Below, piece by piece: positions 44,530 to 54,689 of a stretch of DNA of 64,000 nt (positions within the stretch are counted from its first letter, which is position 1; every line of letters starts with the position of its first letter). The DNA is from Williopsis jadinii (lineage: Eukaryota): the NCBI GenBank assembly GCA_024346625.1, contig AP024664.1:1674001-1738000 (forward strand). Reading direction: 5' to 3'. Position numbers and translations under genes: made by a program. Below the pieces are notes generated by a model that was not told the DNA's origin, searched no databases, and worked only from the letters and a program-made list of their open reading frames with translations.

Positions 44530-47259
44530 ATGGCGGCAGACGATTTCGAGCTGGACGAGCTGGACGAGCTGGAACAAGGTGGAGGAGGAGGAGTTGAGCC
44601 CTCTGATGCGCTGCTGAGATCAAGGCTCGACGCTATCGCCGATGGGAGGAAGCCGCTGTTCAGGAGGAAGAAGAAGGTTGTTGTTGTGATCAGTGCGCTT
44701 GTGCTTCTGTGGATCTGTGGGTCTGTGCTGTATCTCAGCGGCGGTGCTGACAAGATTGTTGATTACTACAAGCAGCAGAAGGGTGCTGGCGGTGCGGAGA
44801 CAGAAGGTGAGCCTGCAGTTAGCGTGCCTACGGTGGAGGTTGCACCAGCGGTGGATGGAGGAAAGCAAGAGGGCGGGCAGGAGCAGGGACAGAGTGCCGG
44901 TGAAGATACAGCTCACGACTCCAAGGGAGCAGATGCGCCTGTATTGGACGATGGTGGTGCTGATTCAGGTGAAAAGCCCGTTCCTGAAGACTCGACCGAT
45001 GTCTCCAGAAGGCCGCCAATCACGCTCAGTGACCTGAGATCTGGAAGACTGTTCACATATTCGACCCAATTGAGATTTGTCAAACCACCACAGCAACTGG
45101 AAAACGACGAAGGGTGGTTCTACTACTTCGACGTCCATGCCATTGAGGCGCAGAAGAGCTCCTCTACTGACAAGACCAAGAAGCTTGCCGATTCGTTGAC
45201 TTTTGAATACGAGGAAGCCCACCACAAGATCACTACATTCGTTCCGAACTACGACATGACTTGGGCTATAGTAGGTACTGATGTGCAGAAGTTGTTTAGG
45301 CATTCATCCCTGGCGTATTACTGGCTCTATAACATTGACACCAAAGAGTATAAGCCCTTGGCTGTGGATGAGAAGGGTGTGATGATCAAACTGTCATACG
45401 CCACATGGTCTCCAAAGTATAACTACATATCCTACCACTATGACAACAATGTATACATCCTTGATGTATCGACAGGAAAAGTGGAGCAGATTACCCATGA
45501 AGATGAACATTCCATCTTGCTTAACGGTAAAACAGATTGGGTTTATGAGGAAGAAGTGCTTGCCGATGATAAGGCGATATGGTGGTCCCCTGATGAATCC
45601 ACATTTGTTTTCATGAAGACCTTGGAAAAAGATGTTCCATTGTATAATATTGATCTGTTCGTGCAAGGTTCCGGCGGTGCTACCAAGTATCCAAAATCTG
45701 AACAAATTGCATATCCAAAGCCTGGGTTCAAAAACCCTCAAGTTTCATTGCACTCTTTCAACTTGAAGGATCAAACCATCACAGAGATTCAAAGAGCTGA
45801 CTCACAGTTAGGCGATGAGTACATCATTTATGAAGTATTTTTCGTTGATGATGACAATTTATTGGTGAAAGAAGCAGACAGAGAATCCAACAGGCTTGAG
45901 GTTCGTCATTTCAAACCAAGTTCAAAGGAGTCAAAAGTTGTGCATAGAGTCAACGCCAATGAGGATTACCAAGGTTGGATTGAAAAATTCAACGCACCAT
46001 TGATAATCCCAGCAGATCAATCACAAGGCCGTGAAGTCTCTGGTTATGTGGATACTTATGTCGTTGAGGGCTATAATCACCTGTGCTATTTTGAGTCTCC
46101 AACGGCAGAACCAAAACCTTTGACCAAAGGTGATTGGGAGGTCGTCACTGGTGAGCTGGCCTTTGACTTTACTAAACAGCTTGTCTATTTCTCAGCTTCG
46201 AAGAAATCAGTGGACAAACACCTGTATAGTGTCCATCTCACATCTGGCGAAATCACAGCAGTTACCAAAGAATCTGAAGATGGATATTACGATACTTGGT
46301 TCTCACCAAATGCCAAGTATGCTGCGAAGTACAGAGCTGGTCCAGATGATGAATCAATGGAGCTGATCAACTTGGAAGATTCCTCAATGATTCTACCCTT
46401 CTCTCAAAAGACCTTGTACATGATGTCGAAGGACGCCTTCTATTTCCCAGAGCGCAAATTCCACAGAGTTAACGTTGATACGGACGAAGATGGATCCCCT
46501 GTCACCTTAAATGTTTTAGAATATTTACCTCAAAATTTCGATCCAAACAAGAAATACCCACTGTTGGTACATTACTACGCTGGACCGGGATCTCAAGTGG
46601 TGAAGTATTCCATCTCACTGGACTTTGAAGACGTGGTTTCCTCCTCTTTGGATGCAGTTGTTCTTTACATCGAACCAAGAGGTACAGCAGGACAAGGATG
46701 GAGATTCAGATCGTGGGCTAACAAGAAGATTGGATACTGGGAACCAAGAGACATCGTCACAGTCACCAAGATGTGGTTAGAAAAGGGATTTATCGATACT
46801 GACAAAGTGGCATGCTGGGGATGGTCATATGGTGGGTTCACCACCCTAAAGACATTAGAGTATGATCATGGCGAGACGTTTAAGTACGGTATGGCAGTTG
46901 CGCCTGTGACGAACTGGCTGCTTTACGATTCCATCTACACAGAGAGATATATGGATAAGCCATCAAACAATAAAGAGGGATATGAAGTTTCGCAAATACG
47001 AGACGTTGAAGCTCTCAGTAAGGTAGAGAGGTTCTTAGTGATGCACGGAACCGCAGATGATAACGTTCACATACAAAACACATATGGATTGCTCGATCTC
47101 CTGACTTTGAAATCGGTTGAGAACTACGACGTTCATGTGTTTCCAGACTCTGAACACAGCATCTTGTACCACAATGCCAATGCAGTTGTTTATGACAAAC
47201 TGTTCAATTGGTTGAAGGATGCTTTCGATGGCGATTTCAAGAATTTGGGCCATAGATAA
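44530..47259 (+). CDS. STE13: Type II membrane dipeptidyl aminopeptidase (S9B, Ste13/Dap2 family), copy 1
   Basis: ATG 44530; single TM; DWVYEEE, GWSYGG, HGTADDNVH, FPDSEH. STE13 rather than DAP2 is inferred from synteny with RCN2/MCT1/RPB8. Confidence 0.85.
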   Translation: MAADDFELDELDELEQGGGGGVEPSDALLRSRLDAIADGRKPLFRRKKKVVVVISALVLLWICGSVLYLSGGADKIVDYYKQQKGAGGAETEGEPAVSVPTVEVAPAVDGGKQEGGQEQGQSAGEDTAHDSKGADAPVLDDGGADSGEKPVPEDSTDVSRRPPITLSDLRSGRLFTYSTQLRFVKPPQQLENDEGWFYYFDVHAIEAQKSSSTDKTKKLADSLTFEYEEAHHKITTFVPNYDMTWAIVGTDVQKLFRHSSLAYYWLYNIDTKEYKPLAVDEKGVMIKLSYATWSPKYNYISYHYDNNVYILDVSTGKVEQITHEDEHSILLNGKTDWVYEEEVLADDKAIWWSPDESTFVFMKTLEKDVPLYNIDLFVQGSGGATKYPKSEQIAYPKPGFKNPQVSLHSFNLKDQTITEIQRADSQLGDEYIIYEVFFVDDDNLLVKEADRESNRLEVRHFKPSSKESKVVHRVNANEDYQGWIEKFNAPLIIPADQSQGREVSGYVDTYVVEGYNHLCYFESPTAEPKPLTKGDWEVVTGELAFDFTKQLVYFSASKKSVDKHLYSVHLTSGEITAVTKESEDGYYDTWFSPNAKYAAKYRAGPDDESMELINLEDSSMILPFSQKTLYMMSKDAFYFPERKFHRVNVDTDEDGSPVTLNVLEYLPQNFDPNKKYPLLVHYYAGPGSQVVKYSISLDFEDVVSSSLDAVVLYIEPRGTAGQGWRFRSWANKKIGYWEPRDIVTVTKMWLEKGFIDTDKVACWGWSYGGFTTLKTLEYDHGETFKYGMAVAPVTNWLLYDSIYTERYMDKPSNNKEGYEVSQIRDVEALSKVERFLVMHGTADDNVHIQNTYGLLDLLTLKSVENYDVHVFPDSEHSILYHNANAVVYDKLFNWLKDAFDGDFKNLGHR

Positions 47260-47600
47260 CCAATCGGGAGCCCATCGTGCGGTTTTTGTTCTATATATCA
47301 AAGGTCATGTAACCACGATTCAATTGACATGTTCACTCAACACTTAGATATCAGCCATAGGAATAGACAACTTGGACTTTATCTAGTTGATGTAGAGCCA
47401 CAGAGGAACAATGCCTCGTTCGAAGATAACGCTAGAGCATAGAGAATGCTCACGTCTGCTACCTACCCCTTAGGTTCAGCTTAAGGGTCTTTTTGTAGCA
47501 ACGTAAGCTCCATTTATGTACTAAAATCGTAAAGACAAGTTATAATAAACCAAAATAGCAGTTGCTATCACCTTGTTGTGTATAAATACAACAAGAATTC

Positions 47601-47610
47601 AAAAAAAAAA
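47601..47610 (-). terminator. Pol III terminator (T10) of tRNA-Leu
   Basis: Run of 10 T on the minus strand just 3' of the tRNA. Confidence 0.85.
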
Positions 47611-47613
47611 TAA

Positions 47614-47695
47614 TGGATCCTATGAGATTCGAACTCATGCATCTTACGATACTCGATCTTGAGTCGAGCGCCTTAAACCGCTCGGCCAAAGATCC
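47614..47695 (-). tRNA. tRNA-Leu(CAA), intronless
   Basis: GGATCTTTGGCCGAGCGGTTTAAGGCG-CTCGA-CT[CAA]GA-TCGAG-variable arm-CATGAGTTCGAATCTCATAGGATCCA; A and B boxes present. Confidence 0.96.
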
Positions 47696-47967
47696 ATTTG
47701 TTATTTTCGTAAATTTCGCGCTTAGCCTCACCACGAAAACCCGAGACAGCCCCAACATGAACAAGCCGCGAAAATTACTTGTTCTGGAACATGCCCAGGC
47801 CGGTATAGCATACGTTCACGTATGCTTTCACCTACGTGTGTGGATTTATGTCCCCAACACCCGTAAACTTGAGAGCATTGGAAGCACTTGAACCCTGCAC
47901 AGAGTCCTCGCTGAGCGTCTCATATACCCTTGTTGCCTCAGAGATACATGTGCGGTAACTGATCACA

Positions 47968-50604
47968 ATGCCAGAGGAGATAGAATTGGACAATATGAAC
48001 GAGCCCTCCACAAGGTCTTCCAGTTCACAGGAATCCACCGTGTCCAGGGCCTTCGATGAGCTTGATCAGCAGGCTCGAATGCTGCCAGACTACGAGGACC
48101 TGTCGCTTGAAGGTGATACCGCGCCGACCATCGTGACGACAAAGCGGTTCAAGAGATCGTGGGTTATCGGTGTTGTGATCGTGTTCATTCTGGGGTACAC
48201 GGCGGTGTTACTCAGCTACAGAAACGTCAACTACGATGCAAGAACCAACTATTCACTGAACAACACCAGCGCGGCAGAGTCCGTGTCCAGCGTAGGACAA
48301 TCGGCATCTGTCGACTCTGGCACGGAGGTGTCAACCATTTCAGAACACCTGATTGAGCAGGAATCGTCCAGTTCAACTCAACCTGAGGAGTCAACAACCT
48401 CACGCACACCAACAGTTACACTGCAAGAGCTCGATGTTAGAATCTCGAGAGAATCAATACCGAAAAAGGTATACCACAGCAGAGTGGATGCAGAGTCTGT
48501 GACGTTCTTGCCTGGAGCACGGATGCCAAAGGCTGAGGATGAAGGACTCTATATCCAAAAGTACGACGACAAGGTTGTGCTACGCAAGATGGCGGACCCA
48601 CAGTATGAGTACGTTCTCTATCCAGAGGGCACTTTCACATACAACGGTCTTGAGAACATTCTACTGAGCGTAGTGTCTAATAGTGATGGCCAATTGCTAT
48701 TGTTTGCTTCAGAGGCCGTGGCTAGATTCAGACACTCAGCAGAAGCGTTCTGGTATCTCTACGATGTCAGTACTAAGGAGATCACTCAGATATCAGGGAA
48801 GGGCTTGAATGGCGTGAAGTTACAGCATTGTTCTTTTTCTCCTAAAGCTCGTTATGTCACATTCATCCAAGAAGGGGACCTCTACATATATGACGTTGCC
48901 AATAAATCCAACAGGAGAATCACAAATGATGGTGATGGATACCAAATCTTTAACGGTAAGACCGACTGGGTGTACGAAGAGGAGGTCCTAGGTACGGACA
49001 ACGCACTTTGGTGGAATCAAGATGAGACAAGGCTGGCTTTCTTAAAGATAGATGACACAGATGTCGAGACTTTACCGTTGGAAAGGTTCAGTTCTGGTGT
49101 GTTCCCGACAGTGGAGGACATCAAGTATCCTAAGCCTGGCGAGGTGAATCCAAAGCTGACGTTGTTTATCCATGATACAGAAAGGGATCAGACCGACACT
49201 GTGGATAGATCGGACTCTAAGCTAGGCGAAGAATGGATCTGTTATGGTGCGTTGTGGATTGGTGATTCCTTCATTATCCGTGAAAGTGATAGAACATCAA
49301 AGGTGCTCGATTATAGAGTCGTTTCGAAAGACGATGGCTCATCTATCAAATACTCCATAGACTCGAACGAGTACAACGGGTGGATAGAAAACTTTAACGA
49401 GATGGTGTTCATTCCAAAGAACGAGTCCTCTTCACGAGTGAACCATGGGTTTGTTGATATTGTGCAGAGTGAGGGATACAACCATCTCGCCTTCTTCCCT
49501 GTGGACTCGGTAAGCCCTCGAATTCTGACCAAGGGTGATTGGGAGGTTGTTAGCATTGAGCATTTTGACGCAGAGGAGGAACTGGTGTACATTACAGCCA
49601 ATAGAGAATCCCATTTTGAAAGTCATATCTATGCTGTGAATGTCAATACTGGGGAGATCTTCTCAATTACAGACATTTCCAAACCTGGGTTCTTCACAGC
49701 AAATTACTCTCCAAGTGGTAGATACGTTGTTGCCTCATACAAGGGTCCCGAGCTTCCAAGAATGATAGTATACGATACCACAATCGAGCATAAGGAAAAG
49801 GAGAAGCGTGCAATTGATTTCACGGGATCCAGGACCCGATATCATACGGTGAAATTGAGTGATGGAGAAACTGTTGATGTTATAGAGGTTGTACCACCAA
49901 ACTTTGATGCTTCAAAGGAACATCCTTTGTTGGTAAATGTATATGGTGGACCTGGCTACAGAATGCTTCACAGGCAGTTCCACATGGGATTTGAGGACAC
50001 AATTAGTCAAGCATTGGATGCCGTCATCCTTTTCGTGGATCCTAGAGGCACAGGAGGTCAAGGATGGAACTATAGATCATACGCAAAGAGACACATTGGC
50101 CATTGGGAGCCTCGTGATGTAACAGAGGTGACGAAGCTCTGGATTGAATCGAGAACGTACATCAATCCTGAGAAGACGGCGATTTGGGGATGGTCTTATG
50201 GAGGATTCACCACGCTGAAGACTATGGAATATGACAAGGGACAAGTGTTCAAATTCGGCATGGTTGTAGCACCTGTCACCAACTGGCTGATGTATGATTC
50301 GATCTATACGGAGAGATACATGGATCTGCCAAAGGACAATTCTGATGGATATAAGGAGGCCAGAATTAGGGACCTTGAAGCGTTTAAATCGGTCAAGAGG
50401 TTTGTTCTGATGCATGGAACAGGCGATGATAATGTGCACATTCAGAATACTTACAAACTATTGGACTTGTTCAACCTACACGCTGTTGTGAATTTTGATC
50501 TTATGATCTACCCAGATTCCAATCACAACATCAACTACCACAACTCATACGGGGTCTTAATGAACCGGTTAACTACCTGGTTAAGGGATAAGTTTGAGCT
50601 ATAA
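47968..50604 (+). CDS. Type II membrane dipeptidyl aminopeptidase (S9B), tandem copy 2
   Basis: Single TM; DWVYEEE, GWSYGG, HGTGDDNVH, YPDSNH; catalytic triad intact. Confidence 0.92.
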   Translation: MPEEIELDNMNEPSTRSSSSQESTVSRAFDELDQQARMLPDYEDLSLEGDTAPTIVTTKRFKRSWVIGVVIVFILGYTAVLLSYRNVNYDARTNYSLNNTSAAESVSSVGQSASVDSGTEVSTISEHLIEQESSSSTQPEESTTSRTPTVTLQELDVRISRESIPKKVYHSRVDAESVTFLPGARMPKAEDEGLYIQKYDDKVVLRKMADPQYEYVLYPEGTFTYNGLENILLSVVSNSDGQLLLFASEAVARFRHSAEAFWYLYDVSTKEITQISGKGLNGVKLQHCSFSPKARYVTFIQEGDLYIYDVANKSNRRITNDGDGYQIFNGKTDWVYEEEVLGTDNALWWNQDETRLAFLKIDDTDVETLPLERFSSGVFPTVEDIKYPKPGEVNPKLTLFIHDTERDQTDTVDRSDSKLGEEWICYGALWIGDSFIIRESDRTSKVLDYRVVSKDDGSSIKYSIDSNEYNGWIENFNEMVFIPKNESSSRVNHGFVDIVQSEGYNHLAFFPVDSVSPRILTKGDWEVVSIEHFDAEEELVYITANRESHFESHIYAVNVNTGEIFSITDISKPGFFTANYSPSGRYVVASYKGPELPRMIVYDTTIEHKEKEKRAIDFTGSRTRYHTVKLSDGETVDVIEVVPPNFDASKEHPLLVNVYGGPGYRMLHRQFHMGFEDTISQALDAVILFVDPRGTGGQGWNYRSYAKRHIGHWEPRDVTEVTKLWIESRTYINPEKTAIWGWSYGGFTTLKTMEYDKGQVFKFGMVVAPVTNWLMYDSIYTERYMDLPKDNSDGYKEARIRDLEAFKSVKRFVLMHGTGDDNVHIQNTYKLLDLFNLHAVVNFDLMIYPDSNHNINYHNSYGVLMNRLTTWLRDKFEL

Positions 50605-50691
50605 CGATCATAATAATAATTCTTTTCTCTGTGTGCTGCGACGAGAATGCTTACAGAGATAACAGTAGTGTAAATACAAAGAGTCGTTGTT

Positions 50692-51204
50692 TCACTGAGG
50701 CTTGGAGTAGTTCAGCGTACCACACTTCTTACAGGTTCTTGCCTCGACATCAGCGTCAAAGCTCAAGATGGCATCCTTCACCTGAGTTCCCAGGTCACTG
50801 CAGTAGAAGGTCAGGTTGTGAACGATCTCCTTACAGTTGGAACAGTACCACCGTATCTGGTCGTTAACACCGTCTGGTCTATCTTGCTCAACAACAATAC
50901 CCACGGTGTTTGCATACCTCACCGGGTTATGTGGGGTGTTCCCCGGAAGGAGGAAGCTCTCTCCTTCACCAATGGTGATGTCTCTGAACTCACCATCGTC
51001 AACGACTCTGAGAGTCATGGCCCCCTTGTACTGGTAGAAGTACTCCGGTGTCTGGTTAACGTGGTAGTCGGTACGCTCGTTAGGCCCACCAACAATCATC
51101 ACAGTGAAGCCACCACGGTGCAGGCAGTAGTTGTTGACCGGGGGCTGGAGAAGGTCTCCGTTCTCTTCAAGCCATTTGGGGATGTTGATAGGTTGTGCAA
51201 GCAT
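50692..51204 (-). CDS. BNA1: 3-hydroxyanthranilate 3,4-dioxygenase
   Basis: [28 protein letters not shown], two CxxC pairs. First ATG at 51204. Confidence 0.96.
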   Translation of the reverse strand: MLAQPINIPKWLEENGDLLQPPVNNYCLHRGGFTVMIVGGPNERTDYHVNQTPEYFYQYKGAMTLRVVDDGEFRDITIGEGESFLLPGNTPHNPVRYANTVGIVVEQDRPDGVNDQIRWYCSNCKEIVHNLTFYCSDLGTQVKDAILSFDADVEARTCKKCGTLNYSKPQ

Positions 51205-51496
51205 TTGTACTGAGCGGTTTCGGTGGGAAATGAGGTGATGAGATGGCACAACAAGATGGATTCAGCTCAAAAGATCAAGTGATATTTTAGTGTGGGACCG
51301 GAGACATACCGCGAGCGGCTTTTACGACTGAGGGTGGTGGCCGTGGTTACCGGCGCTGTGTGGCCCTACCGCGGTGTGCGGATGATTAGGTGTCCGGATG
51401 GTGATGTCCGGGTGTATCATACCGGGTGCACTACATCAACAGCTTTTCCCGTAAAGCAGGACGACTCATCAGGAAAGACCGGTGACACTGCCGAGA

Positions 51497-52992
51497 ATGC
51501 ACATTGAACTAAGAGGTAAGCTATCGAGATGACTGCCGTTAGATGGGCTATAACTAACCGTGTGGGAATAGAGGTTTTAGCAAAGATCTTGGAGAGGTAT
51601 GAAGGTGAGTTTCATTGCTAGAGGGATATGGGCATGTAGAGCGCTGGTTGGAACTAACACACGTGAACAGGGCCCTCTCGCTTAGAGAGACTCCGATTCA
51701 TCTCTCACATGGATGGTCCGGTATCGGTGCAGGCTGCTCGCGCAGCACTTGACTACATCGCCAGCATTGACGTGCCAATTGTCGATACCTTGTCTCTCGT
51801 GGAGAAGGCGACGAGGGATGATCCTTCGCTTCGAGATGAATATAAAAGAAAGCTGGACCCAGATACTGCTCTGGCAAGAAAGAAGAGAATGCTGAATGAC
51901 CTGGGTGCAGACTGTGTCTATTACCAGAGCTCCATGAGTAAGATTATCAAGATCACAACGATATACATGTACAACAACCAATATGGCGAGGCCCAGAGTG
52001 TATTGGCCTCGCTGAATAACACAACAAATGCGTGCCAGATTGCAGAGTATGCCTGTCAGGTGGGTATATTACAGGGAACGTATCAGTTAACCCTTTCTCA
52101 GGAGAAGAAAGTGGATGTATTCATCTCTACTGCCATGTCGAACGAGGTTTACTTCAAGAGATTGACTACAGAGGAAATCACATCATTCTGGAGGGTCAAG
52201 TTTTACGTCCTATATGCAAACTTCCTCAAGAAGAACTTTGAAGAGGTTGTCAAGCAGGGGTTTGCTATCGCAAGCAGTGATCCAATCCTTACCGTGAACG
52301 GAACCGAAATCAAAGCTCTGGACGTGCTGAACAACTCAGACTTTGACAAAGCCATACACAAGGATGAGATTCTAATTGCCATGCTAGTTTCCGTTTTGGT
52401 GGCTAGTACTCCAAAGCAGCTTGCTGATATTCATGCTCAACCAGAGCTGACGTCAATCCTGGGGTCTTTGCTCCAAAGTTTCCGTCCATTCGCATCAGCA
52501 TTGGTGAATGCTAGATTCGCTGAGTTCTTCCAACTGTTAGATGGACTGGAAACACTGTGTACTTCAAACATGTTCTTTGCAAGAATCTGGGAGGACATCA
52601 AGCTTGCGTTCAGAAAGAAGGCCTATTTACTGTATCTATCTCTGGTGAAGAGAGTCTCGTTAAGACATTTGTCAAACAAGTTGTTAATTCCCGAAGTTGA
52701 GTTAAAGAGAGAGATAAACGATTTGATACGGAAGGAACGATTGCAATTTGCCTTCACAGAAGATGAAATCATTTTAGAAGTTGTCCAACCTGATAAGAAG
52801 ACCATATACTACGAAAGGCTGAACCGATTGGCAGAAGAATTGGACGACATTGAAAGTGCACTGAGAACAGCATCGCAGGCAGAGTCAAAGATCCAAAGCC
52901 ACGCATCGTCTCCTGAGCCTGAACAACCAAAGGCCTATGATCCAGATAGTCTGGATGCTAGGCTGGCAAGATATGGAAAGACAAACGTCTAG
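51497..52992 (+). CDS. PCI-domain protein, COP9 signalosome subunit 1/Pci8-like, 3 exons
   Basis: Exons 51497..51515, 51572..51604, 51671..52992. Introns GTAAGC..AACTAAC..TAG and GTGAGT..AACTAAC..CAG. Spliced N-terminus ILERYEGPSRLERLRFI resembles the Csn1 start; C-terminal PCI winged helix (YLSLVKRVSLRHLSNKL). Near HOP1, like PCI8. Confidence 0.72.
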
Positions 52993-53041
52993 TAGCCCTG
53001 TTTATGAGTTTATATACATGTATTTACACACGAGGTTTTTC

Positions 53042-54550
53042 TTAAAACACTTCTAGCACTTCGTCTTCAAGAGGAGTGGTGACACCGACTTCAGCGACCC
53101 GTTCAATATCAACAATCTCCTTTGCAGCTTCGATGGTCAAGTTTGTATAGTCGTTGACACCAACTGCAATGTCATCCTCGATTCTAATACCAATATTTCT
53201 GAAATGTGCAGGGTATTGGAGATCATCAGGAACGTAGATACCTGGTTCCACAGTGACCACCTGCCCTGCCTTGAGCTTTGCGGTTCTTGCGTAGTTTGGA
53301 CAGTCATGGACGTCCAGACCAAGGTTATGCCCAATGTAGTGAGGGTATAACTTTGTTACGTCAGAAGTTGAAAGGTCTCCGAATCCAACGTTCTTCAGTT
53401 CTCTCTTGAAATATTGAACACTCAAGTCGTGGAGATCTTGAAGGCTCAATTTTGCAGACTCAGTACACTGGTCAATGACATCCTTTTGAACGTTCAGCAC
53501 AGCTTGGTAAAGATCAGCCTGAGGGCCCGTAAACTTACCAGAGTTAGGCCAGGTACGTGAGATATCAGCACAGTATCCACCCAGGGACCCAGCTGCATCA
53601 ACAAGAACCATCTCATCGTTATACATAGCATCATCGTTTCTTGTATAGTGGATACAGAGGGAGTTGGCACCAGTTGCAACAACTGGTATGTAGGCAGACT
53701 TATCACAACCTCCAGCGATGAATCTGTATTCCAAGAAGGCGTGTAATGTTCTCTCCGTTACAAATCTCTTTGCATACGCCTGATTATATGCTCTTCCTGA
53801 AATCTGCCCTGCTTTGCGCATAACTTTCAACTCAGCTTCAGATTTGATTGCTCTCATATCAGTGATCAGATGAGACAGACGTTTGACGGTTTTTCCCGTG
53901 GAGTTTGCTTCAATTACTCCTTCGATTGTCGAGTATTTGGAATTTGTACCGATATTGAAGAAGCTTTGGAAAGTGTTACTTAATGATTTGGCATGCGAGG
54001 TATTTTTGTTCAAGTCAACGTAGATGTTCGAGTTTCTCTTGATCAGTTTCTCGAGGTGCGTAGCAACTCTATAAGTATCTTCACTTTCATCCGCGTTGAA
54101 GATGTCAATGGCACCTTGTACTCCGGTTCTTTGACCTTCCCATTGTTCAACATGAGGTTCTTTTGGTGGAACAATCAAATGGAAGAGCACATTCTCCAGG
54201 TTGGAATCAGGCTTCTCAATGACGAGCACAGAATCCGGTTCGTTCCAACCACTCAGGTAGTACAAGTCGTTGTTTTGTTGGAATGGATAAAACACGCTTC
54301 CAGATGCAAATTGAACGCTAGTTCCAATAACAATAGCAATAGAGGAGCTCTGAAGTCTGCTTGCAAGGTCGATACGACGTTGAAAGTACTCTAATGCAGT
54401 GATTCCAGGTGTTAATTCACCCGGCTTGAGCATAAACGGTCTTGTTTCAAAGAGTGGCTGACCAGCACTGAACGGTGGCACTGGTCTATTCATAAGAGAT
54501 CGTATTTGCGTCTTAGAAGTCCATTTCGATCTCGGTAATCTGGCTAACAT
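53042..54550 (-). CDS. ICP55: Mitochondrial intermediate cleaving peptidase (M24B)
   Basis: GQPLFETRPF..PGELTPGITALEY, HYIGHNLGLDVHD, IGIRIEDD. ATG 54550 gives an Arg-rich presequence. Confidence 0.93.
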   Translation of the reverse strand: MLARLPRSKWTSKTQIRSLMNRPVPPFSAGQPLFETRPFMLKPGELTPGITALEYFQRRIDLASRLQSSSIAIVIGTSVQFASGSVFYPFQQNNDLYYLSGWNEPDSVLVIEKPDSNLENVLFHLIVPPKEPHVEQWEGQRTGVQGAIDIFNADESEDTYRVATHLEKLIKRNSNIYVDLNKNTSHAKSLSNTFQSFFNIGTNSKYSTIEGVIEANSTGKTVKRLSHLITDMRAIKSEAELKVMRKAGQISGRAYNQAYAKRFVTERTLHAFLEYRFIAGGCDKSAYIPVVATGANSLCIHYTRNDDAMYNDEMVLVDAAGSLGGYCADISRTWPNSGKFTGPQADLYQAVLNVQKDVIDQCTESAKLSLQDLHDLSVQYFKRELKNVGFGDLSTSDVTKLYPHYIGHNLGLDVHDCPNYARTAKLKAGQVVTVEPGIYVPDDLQYPAHFRNIGIRIEDDIAVGVNDYTNLTIEAAKEIVDIERVAEVGVTTPLEDEVLEVF

Positions 54551-54689
54551 CTTTGCTTTCGTCGTGTGATATCTGTACGTTTTGTATGCTGGATACGGAC
54601 ATTCTTTCTTAATAAAAATTTTGTAAGCGTTTTTTCCCACACCTACAACAACGTACCACTTCAAACAGCAACGTGCATTTTGGTATAAA

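Noticed and set aside
30476..54550. Two M24B peptidases as a duplicated pair
   Set aside because: They belong to distinct ancient subfamilies (prolidase and Icp55) and lie more than 20 kb apart.
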